64,000 bases of DNA. Origin: Yuukianura sp. NJ FZ-2021. Taxonomy: Eukaryota. This document shows, one piece after another, positions 1-14,851 of this stretch (position 1 is its first letter; the number at the start of each line of letters is the position of its first letter). The stretch covers positions 7,874,001 through 7,938,000 of the forward strand of contig CM102286.1 in the NCBI GenBank assembly GCA_046563655.1. Direction: 5' to 3'. A program made the position numbers and the translations under genes. A model generated the notes under the pieces. That model was given only the letters and a program-made list of their open reading frames with translations, made no database searches and had not been told where the DNA came from.

Positions 1-469
1 CCTTTGACTTCAAAGAATGTCAGCGTCTTTTTTGTACATTTAGGTGGGATTAAGTCCGGATTTTGTGAATGTTTACAAATGGTGTAAAGGACTTGAGTAT
101 GAGAGTTGATATTCAATTTACTTAAAAGAGTTGTTAAATGTACAGCTAATTTATAATTAGTTTGTATCCACTCATTTTAATTAAATGTAACTTCTATATA
201 TTCAAGGTAGAAGTAATTTGTCAGTCAGTCGGATTCCATTCATGGAAGGAGTTTTTTGTTCTATTTTTACTAATGTGATATGTAGTCCGACTGATTGGAA
301 AAGTAATGCACCAAATAAAGAAATTATCGTAATTTCCAGAAAAATTGCAACTTATTCACTTTTTTTTTAATTTTAGCAATAAAATCCAAAGTTCTCAAAC
401 ATTGTATATTTTTGCGTAAAAAGATTCAGAAACTAAAATAAATCTTTAAGATAGGCATTGAGCTTCCAT

Positions 470-1393
470 TTAATCTTTAAAATCTCTGGATTTGTGAAAT
501 TTTTCCCTCACCGCTTGCTCCAAAATGACATGGATCTTCTTGCAACCCTCAATGGCTACCCGAATGACGTCGTCCAAGTAGAGTAAGTGCAGTAACTGGG
601 ATTGTTCCAGGACAATGATTTGTGTATCCGACGGAAGGATTCCAACAGTAAGTTCTGGACACCCCGTTCCTCTCTCGAACGAATTGATATCAATCATTGC
701 AATGGAATGACTCAAGGTCGCCGTACAGGCCACAACGTAATCCCGGATTGGAATTCCAGCATCAACAAGTGCCAAAGTCGTTGCATTTATGCCTGAAAAT
801 AACAAATTCCCGTTTTAATTCATTTAAGTCCAGATAATACAATAAAACTTGGAAACAAGGATGTAAGTTATAAGAAAGTACATGCTGCGTAGCTGCCTCC
901 GTCATCTTGTATCAACTCCACGTAAATGTCCACTTGGGATCCAGGAAACGTATCTTGTACAACGATGTTGTCAATTAAAGAGTTAAGGTTGGATGAAATT
1001 TCAATTGACTTCCGGTCGTTCTTCGTCGACTTCTTCCGCTCGTTTGACGCAAAGCAGGCAGAACTGTATTCACAGTTGATCGTCATTTTGTCTGGGTTGC
1101 CTTGCATTCGCTTCTGAGAATGTCGCACCTGATAACGATTTTAAAAGTACACCGTAATTTCATGGTCTAGTATAATCAAGTAGAGAATTTAATCCAAAAA
1201 ATAAAATAACCTCATGCGGACCATAAACTGCTGCCATCACTTTTGTATTGCCAATACTAAATGAAGCGCTTCCACTCGCTTGGGGATGAAAAATTCCCAT
1301 TTCACATTCAATTTTGCGAAGGTCCAAAGGTGCACGTCCATCAGCTCGTATCTCATGGTCCCAGAGGTCATCGAGATGTGTCCTTAAAGCCAT
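470..1393 (-). CDS. EXOSC4: Exosome complex component RRP41 (RNase PH family), 3 exons (1393-1211, 1128-882, 792-470)
   Basis: Motifs RADGRAPLDLR, GSASFSIGNTKVMAAVYGPHE, SQVDIYVELIQDDGG, INATTLALVDAGIPIRDYV; GT-AG introns keep the frame. Confidence 0.92.
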
Positions 1394-2111
1394 CGTTCGA
1401 TGTGGATATCTAAAAGTAAAGTAGATTTTTCCAGTAAATCTCATTAAATTACGATTTCACGCCCAGGAATTTGCATTAACCAGAAGCTGAAATACACTCG
1501 ACAGGATGTCATCTCATTCATTTTCTCATGCGATCACAAGACACTTTAGACTTCAGTGCTTGGTTTCTTTGGTCGGCGTCAGTCAAGCTGACACTACTGT
1601 CAACGTCAACTCAGGATACGTCTTTTCTAGATACGTGTCGACGTGTGATAAGTAGTTAACAATAACGCAAGAAATCCACGTTCAAGGCTCTCCATGATCA
1701 AAAAGTTTATATTAACCGGAGCTAAATCTTAAATTTTTAACAGTAATCGATTTTCGTTTGCCGATTCAACTACTACATTAAATCCCACTTCAGGGAAAGT
1801 AGAACACCTCGGGCGTTAGGTATTTTCGAATTTTGGAAATCAAATTTCCAATTCAAACAAAACAAAAAAAAAAAAAAAAAAAAAACCAGCGGACGCTACT
1901 ATAAAATTGTGCTGCTTTTATAATTGGGTTCTCAAAAACACCGGCGCGCGTATTTTGAACTTATCTTCCAAAACAAGAGAGAAAAACCAATCTGTACTTT
2001 TCCGAAAAAAAAAAACAAAAGAACGAGGAGGAAAGTTAACTTTTAATTAATTATCAGTGGCTTTTAACGTGACATCTTGCGTTAACGGTGCTTCAGGACG
2101 TACCTGCAAGA

Positions 2112-5100
2112 ATGAAGTTCCAATTCGCAATTGATCGAGGAGGCACCTTCACCGATATTTATGCTCGATGTCCGTCCGGAAAAGTTTCGGTTTTGAAACT
2201 GCTGTCTGTGGACTCCTCTTACCCAGATGCACCACGTGAGGGAATCCGGCGGATTATTGAAATGGTAACTCTTTCAAGCGTCCCGCTCACCAAACTTTCG
2301 GCTTCGGCCCGAAAGTACACAATACACATGCGCAAAATCAGTACGACGATGACGAATACGTTTTAGGCTTTTTATACTCGTAGGTTTCGAAGTAACTGGC
2401 GTCAATGCTTTTTTTTTCCTTAAGAGATTATAATATGAACGTTTCTGATATCAAAGTCTCTGATTATCCAAATTCTAGGAAACTGGTCAAAAACTTCCAA
2501 GGGAAGAGCCGATTGATGGTTCGTGCATCGAGTGGATTCGGATGGGGACGACGGTGGCAACGAATGCCTTGCTGGAACGGAAAGGCGAACGAATGGCTTT
2601 GCTCATCACTAAAGGATTCCGTGATCTCCTTCACATTGGAAATCAATCACGACCGAAGATCTTTGACCTTGTGAGGACAACTTTAACTTCCTCGCCTCCA
2701 GTTGATTTCAACCAATGCACCTTCATATTAATGATTGCTTTTCTGACTTCCAGTCTATATCAATGCCAGAACATCTTTACGAAGACATAGTCGAAATTGA
2801 AGAACGGCTGATTCTACAAAGAAATGATTGTCAAATGGAATCTTGTACGAAGAATTGGCGAGCGGAGAAAACGTCTACTGGAGAAACAGTTTTTATTTCC
2901 AAGGAACTAGACTTGGCAAAGATAGCGGCTGACTTGCGGAAGATGAAAGACAAGGGGATAAATAGCTTGGCCGTTATTCTTCTACACTCTTACATGTATT
3001 TACAGATTTTGCTGTACATTAGTTGTCATGTTTTAAGTCTTGATAATTTCCTCTCACTCTATTAACAGGTACAACGATCACGAAAGGAAAATCGGAGAAC
3101 TAGCACTTAGCCTCGGATTCGAACATGTATCACTATCGTCAGAAGTGATGCCAATGATTCGGGCGGTGCCCCGCGGGTTTACGGCATCTGCCGATGCCTA
3201 TTTGACGCCTTTGATTAAAAAGTACGTGAAGGTGTGTAACCAAAATCAGCACATGTTTTCAATTCCGAAGTTATATAGCTTGAGTTACCGATTTATACAA
3301 ACGTAGTTTTAAATATTTCAGGGCTTCTCTGCTGGATTCAAGAATTTGGATGATTCGTCTGTTCTGTTCATGAAGAGCGATGGTGGACTTACTCCAATGG
3401 CAGAGTAATTTTACTTAATGTTTAGTTTAATTGTCATGACTTACCTCGCCTCCTTATCCTTTTGACAAGGTAATTTTTGTTTACAGGTTTTGTGGCTCCA
3501 GAGCAATTTTATCCGGCCCGGCAGGGGGTGTTGTTGGTTACTCCAAAACTTACTACAACGAATATACAACTGATGTCATTGGATTCGACATGGGTGGAAC
3601 GTCTACAGATGTGAGCCGTTATGGTGGACATTTCGAGCACACATACGAGTCAACAACAGCTGGAGTCCAAGTTCAAGCTCCGCAACTAGACATTAGCACT
3701 GTAGCTGCCGGCGGAGGGTCGATGCTGTTTTTCCGGTCGGGTCTGTTTGTTGTCGGTCCAGAATCAGCTGGAGCTTCTCCGGGGCCAATTTGTTACTGCA
3801 AGGGTGGAAAGGTGCTCACAGTTACCGACGCGAATCTCTACCTTGGCCGGTTACTGCCACAGTTTTTTCCAAAAATATTTGGCCCAACAGATAGCGAACC
3901 ATTGGACAAGGATAGCACAGTAGCGGCGGTAGAAGATATGGTTAAAAATGTCAACGCCTTCCTTAGCCAACAGGAATGTCAACCGATGACATCCGAAGAA
4001 GTCGTGATGGGATTCATTCGCGTGGCCAATGAGGCAATGTGTAGACCAATTCGCTCAATTACTCAAGGCAAAGGATACGACACTGCAGCGCACACTTTGG
4101 CTTGTTTTGGCGGTGCGGGCGGACAACACGGTAAGACAAGTTTATTCGTCATGTTTACCGTACACACTCAATATGAAGCCAAATTGCCAATTTTCAATTT
4201 CATTTTTCTTATTCCGTAGCTTGCGCTGTGGCCAAATCCCTCGGAATTACTAAAGTTTTTGTTGCACGGTACGCTGGAATCTTGTCTGCTTTTGGACTTG
4301 CCCTCGCTGATGTAGTTTATGAACTCCAAGAACCAACAGGAAAAGAGCTATGCGCTGGTAAGAGTAATTGGGGCTAAAATACTCAGCTTAATCCCTACTT
4401 TAAATCCATTTTCTCGTTTAAGGTAACATGCAATACATCGATGATAGGATTGACGATCTGCTTCAAAAATGCAAAAATCATCTTACGTCCAAACAGGAAT
4501 ATCCGGAAGTGCTAACCGAAGTCTATCTGCATCTACGTTATGAGGGCACTGATTGTGCTCTCATGTGTCAACCTCTCAGAAGTACCAACACTGGCAAGAG
4601 CTTGAGCAAGTTTGGTGACTTCCTCGGAAGCTTCGTAGAAAAGTAGGAAAACTAATATTGTTTAATTCAATTTATTCCTGTAAATCAGGGTTGGGTGGTT
4701 TTTGGTTTTTTTAAATAAAAACCAAAAAAACCTGGTTTTTGGTTTAAACCAGGTTTTTTTATGGTTTAAATCAAAAGCGGGTTTTTATGGAAAATAGTAT
4801 ACTGAAAAGGTGTATTTTAGTAAAATATTGTCAAATAATGTAGTTAGTTTGTCTACTTTTGACTAAAATTTGACAACTGAAGAGAAAAAAGGGTTCAATA
4901 GAACAAGTAGCAGCATATAACACAACAATTTGTGGGGAATTCGTTGTTTCGAGGTGAAAAATTTCAAGATTTCCCCGTTTATGCTAATTTCTGTGTTTAA
5001 TTTAAACCAGGTTTTTTTTTAAAAAAAACCACTTGGTTTAAACCATGGTTTAAATCATATTTTAAATCAATTGGTTTAAACCAGCCAACCCTGCTGTAAA

Positions 5101-7863
5101 TACAATAGGTCTTGATTTAAAATATATACTTTAGTATACTTATTATTGCTTCTAATGAGCAGATACCAAAAGGAGTTCGGTTTTACGATTCCCGAAAGGA
5201 AGGTAATCGTGGATGACATTCGAATCCGAGCAATAGGCAAAAGTGGTATCTCAAATGACTGGAAACTGGAGCAATCCACAACTGAACCGAAACCTACTAA
5301 AGTACGTTACTGTTGTTTCCTTGCTTCATACTGTGCCGTATTTTTGTTGTACATTGTGGACTAATATCGCTTTCTTTTCCATTTTAGGAAGAGCCAGTAT
5401 ATTTTGAGTCTGTAGGATGGGTTAAAACACGGGTTTTTCTAATCGAAGATTTACGTGGACATGATTGCATTCAAGGGCCAGCCATCATTATGGACAAGTT
5501 GAGCACAATACTGATTGAACCGAATTGTACTGCCGAAATTACAGGGAAAGGCGACGTTCTAATAACCGTCCCTGGAGGAAGTCAGGAGAAAATTGGAACG
5601 GAAATGAATACGATTCAACTGAGTATCTTCTCACATCGATTCATGAGTATTGCTGAGCAGATGGGAAGAATATTACAGCGTACTGCAATTTCAACCAACA
5701 TAAAGGAGCGGTAAGGTTTATAAACAAACGGAGAATATTTTAACGAGTCTACATTTTTATGATTTTTCCGTAAATATCTTAGGCTTGATTTTTCATGTGC
5801 CGTATTTGGACCCGACGGAGGGCTAGTTTCCAATGCTCCGCACATTCCTGTGCACTTGGGCGCCATGCAAGAAGCTGTCCAATACCAGGTAAATGTTAAA
5901 CCTCAATAAGTTAAACTTTTTAGAATTTTTTGGCGTGTTTACATTTAACACCTATTTTTAACTCCGAAATCACAGCTCAGAGCATTACAAGGGCAATTGA
6001 AACCAGGAGACGTCATTCTTACGAATCACCCATGTGCTGGAGGGTCACATTTACCCGACTTGACTGTAATCACTCCTGTTTTTAACCCGTAAGTTCACAA
6101 TAATAATTTCACTTGCCGATTAACATTTCGTAGTTTGATCAATTGGTTTCTCCTCAATTTCAGGGAATCTGAAACTCCAATTTTTTTTCTCGCAAGCCGT
6201 GGTCACCACGCAGATATCGGAGGAATAACTCCAGGGTCTATGCCACCTCATTCTAAACTGCTGAGTGAGGAAGGAGCATCGTTCAAGAGCTTCAAACTTG
6301 TATCAGAGGGAAGGTTCCAGGAAGCGGAACTAGTATCAGTGTTAACTGCTGCTGGCACACGAAATCTCCACGATAATCTCGCAGATTTGCATGCCCAAAT
6401 TGCAGCAAATCATAAGGTAAACTCTTTGCATCTTGCTTCATGTTGGCGTTTTGCTTCAGCAGGTTGGTCTTACCCACAAACGGTTTTTTTTACTTCAGGG
6501 AATTGAACTTATATTGGGACTGGTAGCTGTCTATGGTCTGGACGTAGTTCAAGCATACATGGGACATATTCAGAGTAACGCTGAATTATCCGTCAGAGCC
6601 ATGTTGAAGAGTTTTGGCCATCGGCTGGGGAAGCATGTTCTCCAGGCTTCTGATTTCATGGATGACGGCACCGAGATCAAACTAAAAGTTACGATTGATC
6701 CCGAGGAAGGAAGTGCCATTTTTGACTTCACGGGAACAGGTTATGAAGTTTGGGGAAATTGCAACGCTCCTCGTGCCATCACCGTATCAGCCATAATCTA
6801 CTGCCTTCGTTGCTTGGTTGGCCAAGAGATTCCTCTGAACCAGGTGATTTGGTTATGATTATTTAGTAGCAAGATATTTCTTTTATGGATGCGGAGGTAT
6901 AAACGTTTTGTTTTTATATTCTTGTAGGGTTGCATGACTCCAATCACCACAATTGTTCCAAACGGCAGCATTCTGGCTCCTTCAGATGAAGCCGGTAAAG
7001 TGGCTACAGTAAAGTTTTATAACACGTTTCCGGTATTACCTCTGCCCTAATTTTTAATTTGTTATGCAGCGGTCGTTGGCGGCAATGTTCAAACTAGCCA
7101 ACGTGTGGTTGACGTGATACTGCGAGCCTTTGAAGCGTCAGCAGCATCTCAGGGATGTATGAAGTATGTAACTGCATGCTTGTTTCTTTTTGAATACCCG
7201 CTTACATTGTAAACTCTCTCTTTGTGTTGCAGCAATCTGACGTTTGGGGACGAAACACTGGGGTACTATGAGACAATCGCCGGCGGGGCTGGAGCTGGAC
7301 CAACTTGGAATGGGCGAAGTGGAATCCATACTCATATGGTAAGTGCCTTAGCATTCACAATGGTAATGTTGCCTCAACGAAAATATGAAACAGTTTCCTT
7401 TTTCTTAGACAAACACGCGTATAACAGATCCAGAAATCTTAGAAACAAGATATCCCGTTGTTCTCCAGCACTTCAGTTTAGAGGAAAATACTGGTGGAAT
7501 GGGGAAGTTCAAAGGTGGAGATGGAGTTCGTCGGGAAGTTCTGTTCCGGAAGCCATTAACTGTTTCGGTTCTTACGGAACGAAGAGTGTTTGAACCTTAC
7601 GGGCTCCATGGCGGAGAAAATGGGAAACGTGGACGAAATCTCTTAAGACGAAGGAAAGGAAATCGTGTCATCAATTTAGGTGGAAAAACGTCTGTAGACG
7701 TAGATACTGGGGTGAGTGGCAATAAGTTAAGTAAGACAGTAATTATGCAAGTAAGAACTAACCGCTAACCGTCTATGCTTTATAAATCAATGTAATTGTT
7801 TCGTAGGATATTCTTTGTCTTCTATCTCCTGGAGGTGGCGGGTATGGAAAACCTGAACAGTGA
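2112..7863 (+). CDS. OPLAH: 5-oxoprolinase (hydantoinase A/B domains), multi-exon
   Basis: [15 protein letters not shown] start, [61 protein letters not shown], last exon [18 protein letters not shown] (TGA 7861-7863). Confidence 0.95.
4686..5093. mobile_element. hAT-like MITE (408 bp) in an OPLAH intron
   Basis: TIR CAGGGTTGG(G/C)TGGTTT at both ends; perfect 8-bp TSD CTGTAAAT (4678-4685, 5094-5101); subterminal GGTTTAAACC motifs; no ORF. Confidence 0.9.
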
Positions 7864-8039
7864 TAGGATGTCTACCTATTTAGAAATGAACAGAGAAGCG
7901 ACATATCAAGCGTCCGTTGCAGTTGATTTGGACCAATCATTAGAAAATTCTGTATCTTCTTTTACTTGCCAGGAAGTCATCGGGTTAGAATAAAAATATT
8001 TCATGATATTTAATGTTTCCGTTGGATTTGGAACGTCCA

Positions 8040-11000
8040 CTAGTTGCTGTCCTGAATATCCGAACTCAGAGTTTCAAAGTCTGCATACCTGGTTTTCCGT
8101 TTCCCCTTACCACGCTGCTTCTTTGGTTTCTTTTTTGATTTCCTTTGGCTAGGCATATAGAATTCGAGATCGCTTCCATCTTCTTCATCATCATCCAAAA
8201 AATCATCTTCAAAATCTTCAAACACCGCGCCATGTTTTGAAGATCTCTTCCGTCTGGACTCCTTCCCAAGGTCCTCTTCAATTTCCGGCTCGGCGGGATA
8301 CTTTATCCGTAGCTCATCTAACTTGATTTTGTCATCGTTTGTAAAATTGTCATGTTGTGACTTGAGATGGTTCTCCAACTTATTGACATAGAAGTACTTT
8401 TTGTCACACGGTTGCCTGAGGCAAGGTATAGGATCTCCCTTATGATAACTCTTTATATGACGTCTCAGTGCTGCAGCATTTGGAAATGACCAATCACAAT
8501 CTTCACAGTAGTAGAACAGCGGTTTGCTCCTAGGAATGTAGTTGGACTTTCTATTCTTGCCATGAGTTTTCCGTATGTGCGATTTAACTTTCCATTCAAA
8601 TTCAAACTGTTTGGGGCAGATGTGACAAGTGAAGCCGCCGTTGGTGTTGGGATTTGTCACAGCAGTGGCTGCTCCGTCATGCGATGTATCGAGATGCTGC
8701 TGAAGATTTTCTCCACGAATATAGGAACATTCACAGAACGGACACTTATAAGGACGAAGTCGCTCGCCCTTCTCCTGATGTTGTTCGCTGTGACGTTTCA
8801 GCCGAGATGCCGTTGGACACATGAAATTACATCCTGGATGTGTGCATGCATGCATCTTATCTGCATGGTCTGTTATAACGTGAGAATGCAATTCACCTGA
8901 CGTAGGTTTTTCTTCTTTGCAGATCTTGCAACGATACTTCCGGAAGGTTTTGATTGAGTGAACAGTTTTGTGTTTTCGAAATTCTCCGGGAGCTCGGAAT
9001 TCTGCTCGGCACCCAGGCTCGCTGCATTTGAACGGCTTTAAAGTTGGATCATGGATGACCGAATGAACAGTAAGGTAGTATGATCTACTAAAAGTTTTTC
9101 CACAAACAAGGCACTTGAACGCATCAGTAATTGGAATCTCCTTTCTCTCGTGTATTTGTTGATGGGTTCGGAGGTGTTGATTTGTACCTATAATCCACAA
9201 GGAACGCGACAATTCACTTTTTATCGGGCTAAACGAGATACACACCATGCATAGAAAGTGTAAAGTTACCGAAAAATTTATTGCAGACCGGACAGGGCAG
9301 TTTCTTTTTAGGCAGAGGTTTTCTCGGATGTCGTGCAACTTTTTGATTTGTTGCTTGCGTTTTGACAGCTTTTGATTGTTGAGCATGCGTTGCACCAACT
9401 TTCCGAGGTCGTCCACGTTTTCCTACGAGATTGATATCTATATGTTGTACTGTTGCTTCGGGTACTGGTTCTGCACTGTCCTCTCTGCAAAATAAAATGA
9501 TATACTGTAAGTATAAGAGTATAGTACGTATAAACTTTTTTTTTAAGTTTAAACGCATTCTCGCAAATATTACTCATTATCGTTGGTTGTTGAATTGGCG
9601 TCGTTTCCTTCTTGGTACTGCATTTCCCCATGATAAGGAATCCGAATCAAGTCACTATAATCGCTCGAATGATAATTTTCTCTTAAGGGATCCACTTGAC
9701 GCAATTGGGCAGGCGAAATATGTGATTGGTAAAGAGGCTGCTGCTGAGGTCTATTAGTCAATTGATTCTGGTGAGTCTGCCAAAAGTTGCCAGCATTATC
9801 TAAAACCAGAAATAAATTTCCTGGTGTGAAGTTCAACACTTCAATTTATTATATGAAATAAAAATTTAAATTACCGTAGTCAGTTTGGTGAAAGTGTGAT
9901 GTTGTCAATGGAACAGAAGAATAAAGAAAATTAGATGGGGGCAGAACCGTACTATAACCGGAAGTGAAGTTAACGAAAGGGAACTGTTCCTGTGCTCCAG
10001 TGTAAATACTTGAACGAAGTGGAAGTCCCTCTACTGTGGAATTTTGAGAGTGAGGAATAGTAGCGCTAATGGAATTTTGATTTATCCTGGTATCGGGTTG
10101 AGGTTGAGTTAAACTGGCGGGAGATTCTGATTGAGAGATCATTGTAGACGGCAAAACGACTGGAATGGTCAATTCACTAGCGTTGACGCTCCTAGTACTA
10201 GGTACGGTACTGGTTACTTCCAGTGAAGCACGAGACTTGCTCCGTTGTGACGTACTAGACAAGTTTCCAAACGTTATAACTGGCAGCTTCGAATGCTTGG
10301 AATTTGCTCCCGAGTGACGGCTCCGTTTGTGTATTGCGAGCCGAGCTACCCCTTGAACAACTTTGCCGCACTCATCACACTCAACATCAGCTAACAAATT
10401 GTTCTCGATCACATGTCCGTGAGCCTTGCGAAGATGATTTTGCAACTTGTAGTGAGAAATGAACGCTTTGGAGCATTGAGCTTCGGGACACTTGAATTCA
10501 CGTTCGTTCAAATGAACAGCCTTTGTATGTTTGTCAAGCTCGTTCTGGAATGAAATAATAATTCAGCTTTACATTACTGAATTTCTGACTTAATTGGTTT
10601 GTTGAATTTTTACCTGATACGGGAAACGCTTTTCACAGTAGACGCACTGCAGCTTTCGAACGGGTGCTGGTGTCTTCCTTTCCTTCCGCCGTTTTGGTAT
10701 TAATTTCTTACGATTCGCTGGATTTCTCGGAATTACGACTCCTGAAACTCCATCGTCCTTCATTTTTCTCATCTCATGCACCAATATGTGACGTTTCAAG
10801 AGATCATCCGATTCCAACGCCCTATTGCAAATGTTGCACTGATGTAAGCCTAGATTGTGTATCCGCTGATGTCGTACTAGCTTCGCACGTTGTACAAACG
10901 ACCTTAACAAAGCACACTTATAACAGGGTTGAAGAAATAACTATCAATTAAACTTGTCATTTACCTTCCACACCCTTCTTGGTCACACGTAAATTTCTTG

Positions 11001-13627
11001 TCGACATGTCTCGAAAGAATGTGATACTTCAAGCTCATTTGTCTTCCGAAGGCAGCACCGCAAATTGTACAAAGTAAGTCCAATGTGTGGGTATGTACTA
11101 TTTTCTCATGTTCTTTCAAAGCAACCGAAGATTTGTATGCGTTTCCGCAGACCATGCACAGAAATGGCTTCTCTCCAGTGTGCCTATTACAAAGTTTTAC
11201 AAGAATAATCCGTCAGTTAACAACGAAAGTAATTGTTTATTTTTGTGTTTGAGATATGTTATATTTCTTGCCTTCTCTCGTGCACTCTCTTAGCCGAGGG
11301 CCTGGGAAATACTTTCGGGCAATACGAGCAAGAATACTCCCGCGGTACATCAGGATTATGCTTCTTTTGATTTTCCGCCGCGATACCTGATTCCGTTGCA
11401 TCTTGTATTTTCAGTGCTACTTTCGCTCGTTTTGCTTGTATTTCCTCCTGTGATAAGTCGTTTCCATTCTCACCATGCACCTTTTCTTCATGAATTCGGC
11501 GTCCACTGGTGCCTCCAAACGAACGCTCACAGAATCGACAGGGGAATAACCTCTCTCCAGTATGGGATTGGCCATGTAAAATCAAATGACTTTTCTTCAG
11601 GAAACTCTAAACAAACGTAAAAAATACGGTTTTCCATGCTATTGTGCCACTTGAATTGTATCAACGCCCATTGCTTCAAGTGAATTGTGACAACTGGAAT
11701 TGTATCAACACTCAATTATTTCAACTGCACTAGTAGTTGTGTCAACGCTCAACAAGCATATCCTAACCCCAATTAAGCATTCTATCATGCATTGACACAA
11801 TTGACCAACCAGTTGGACACAATTCAGCTGAGACAATTGAATTGAGGCAATGCCGTATTGCATAAATTGCTGGAAATATGAATATTCCGTCGTTACCTTC
11901 TCGCACTTATCACAGTCGTACTTCCTTTCCATTACTCCGCCAATACCATGAACCTAGGCAAGGCAGAACATCAAAATACTAAATTGCTACTAAACCTAAA
12001 CTGGTTTGTCTTCGAAGAACAGATTAGCTTTGGGACGTGGAACGATACTAAATTTCGAACTTACCTGCCGCTGGTGGTAAATTAGCCCAGTAGCTCTGGT
12101 AAATAGTTTTCCACAGATATCGCATGTGGGGCATTGTGTCTTCTTGCCGAAATCCGAATCGTCGCTTCCAACATCTTCCTTGCCCAGTTGTCGTTTCAAT
12201 TGGTGTCCCTTCTTATGTGACACCAAATGTGATTTTTGCAGAAATGACTACAAACAGAAAAAAGTTTTAGCTTATGTGTGGTGTAATTGTTCAGACAGTA
12301 ATTACTTACTTTATGACATTGTTTACAGTTGTATTTCCTTTCCACTGATTTCCCTAGGTTGTGACTCTATAGTTGCATAACGAACATGAAAAGAGAACCA
12401 TTTCGGAACTGGTTAATGATTGACTGAGATTGACATGACTATAAACTTACGCGTCTGCGATGGTACACAAGTCCGGCAATCCGTGTGAACGTTTTATTAC
12501 AAACTTCGCAGACTCGGGAAGATGATACGTCTCTTGAATTAGCCCTCACGATCTCCGCATCTTCGCCATGCAGTTTACTGCGATGGTAGCTGAGACAATT
12601 AGGGTGCTTTAAGTCTGTGTCACAAGTAGTACACCGGGTTTCGACATTTTGATCATCGAATGGCCTCTGGTGATTTTGAAATGCTGATTCAATCCGAAAT
12701 CCTCGAGAGCAGTTGAGGCAAGAAAATGTACGATGTGTCTTCCCTTTCGAACTTGGAATGTTCTTTCTGATTGTTTCTTCGTCTGCGTTTTTGCTGGGAG
12801 ACACTTTTGATCTCGACCGTGAAGGTTTCCTATTTATATTTTCTACGTATTCTGTTGATAATGGAGATTGGTTGTCCGACGCAAGAGTCTTGACTGATTT
12901 AATTCTGGACTTCACTGCCACTGCCACACTCTTCTGCCTTCTTCCCATTCTTCGCGCAATTGTTCTTCTACATAGATCCGACCTTCTCTTGATGATTTGC
13001 CGGATGTTGGCGATGTCAACATCTTGTAAAGGAATTACAGGCACAAAACAACTCAGACTTCTGCAAATTTCAGTTGGAGTCAAAATGCCCATCAGTTGAT
13101 GAATAAGCGAATTTAGAAGAACTTCTGAGATTTTTGAAACAGTCTGAACTCCAAAGACATTGTCGTAGCTCGACTTTTGTTGCTGTCCATGGTGAAGGTG
13201 ATCTACTCCTAGATCACATTGCGTAGAATCTGTCTTGGACGGCATTCCCAGTTCTTCATTGAGTGCACCTTCAGGACACAAATTGTCAAAATAATCCTGG
13301 CTTACTGATCCATTCTTAACTACTTGTGTGTCGTCATTCTCAACTAGTAGTGCACGCATCTCGTCGCGTGTACTTCTTTCGTCGCATTCTCCGCGCAGTA
13401 GTAGTCCCTCTGATACCATCTACAGTTATTCAGACATTAATTAGATAAACCAGAAACAGATTTTATACATTCCTTATTCCAAATTTTACGGGAAAATAAA
13501 TGAAACAGTACCGTACCTCGTCCAAAAATACAGGTGGGAAATCTGATAACGACTCCGCAAACAAATCTTCTTGCGCAATCACTAGTCGACGTTGGCTTGA
13601 ACTTCGACAAGAGTCTGTGTCGTCCAT
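8040..13627 (-). CDS. Large multi-exon C2H2 zinc-finger protein with an AT-hook-like motif
   Basis: Many CxxC...HxxxH fingers and HTGE-type linkers over about 12 exons; exons join in frame across 9.2-9.9 kb; KRGRPRK near 9410-9430; probable ATG at 13627 (MDDTDSC) spliced to the 13419 exon; a likely non-coding exon ends near 13819. Confidence 0.8.
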
Positions 13628-14389
13628 TACAGAAGCGTTCCGTGAGAAGTTCCTTCCAACTTAAAGGATGACGATATGTAGAGTCGCTGCTTATTAGGTT
13701 AAGTGTTCTAAGATTGGATTGAATACCTGTAAAAACACACACACAAGATGAAATGAAAACAATGTTAGTCGTTGAGGAACAACAGTAAGCGTTGGTAATA
13801 AAAGGCAAAATCACTTACCTGATTGAGCTTAATAATGGAAAATAGTTAACAAGATTTGAACTGATAGGAGTTGCACTTGCAATTACGAATGGTTGGTTAT
13901 TCACAAATTAAATAGGTTTTCACGTTAATCCCACAGTACAGGTACGAGAACCACCGAGGCCCAGTTCTCAATGGAGCGTTCAGTTTCACTCAAAAATCAA
14001 ATTTGAAAGTAAATTGACATAAAAAAAAATAATAAAACTGTGTGTCAAATATTCAAAAGTAATTTTGTTTTCATTGTCATTATCATTTATCAAAGTTTCT
14101 AAGTTAGTACTAAATCTGTTGTACCGAAAGTTCAGTGGTAAACTACAAGAAATTTTTGGGTTTTGGTGGTGAGAGTAAAATCTCCTCGAAAAAGTCGCAC
14201 ATCCCCCTCTCACCCGCCAAAACTAACTCTTCCCTCCAAAATTACTTTTGTTCTCTAACTCTTCCCTCCAGAAAGCCAAATAAACTTGGAGTTAACTATG
14301 GCTTTCTCCTCATTTGCATAGTCAAAAAATATTTTCTTACCAGTGGCGCCGTACCTGCAGTGTGGAAGTGTCGCAAATACAGAGATGGG

Positions 14390-14590
14390 CAAATAAAATA
14401 AATTAAATTAAATAAAAATGAATTCCAATTAAATTAGAAAAGTAAATTGCAATGAATTAAATTAAAGTAAAGTAAAATGAATTAAATTAAATTAAATAAA
14501 AGTAAATTAAATTATAATAAAATGAATTAAATTTAATAAAAGTGAAATGAAATAACTTAAATTAAACAAGATTAAATTAGTTCTTAAATT
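14390..14590. repeat. AT-rich low-complexity (AATTA/AAATT)n tract
   Basis: Degenerate pentamer repeats, almost no G/C. Confidence 0.75.
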
Positions 14591-14851
14591 AAAGTTACAG
14601 TATTTGAGCCAGAAATAACATAAAGTAACAGATGAGTAGTTTGAAATAAAGTAGAGGAATTGAAATCGTAGTAGGTTTGAACGTAGAACGCGCGTTTGCA
14701 GCTGATCACTTTCCTTCTACGTTTGCTCTCAAAGTTAGCGTAGAGATTTCAAGTTGAAATCGCACGTGTAAACTTCATAAAAAATTGAATTATAAGGGAA
14801 TGCCAGAAACCCCATAAGAAAGTACTTATTCATGTTCAGTCTTCACTTCAT

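Noticed and set aside
1864..1885. Poly(A) run between EXOSC4 and OPLAH
   Set aside because: No TSD or SINE/retrocopy body recognisable.
9570..9900. Two separate zinc-finger genes split at the ORF stop at 9849
   Set aside because: GT-AG introns bypass the stop and link the exons in frame, so one gene is more parsimonious.
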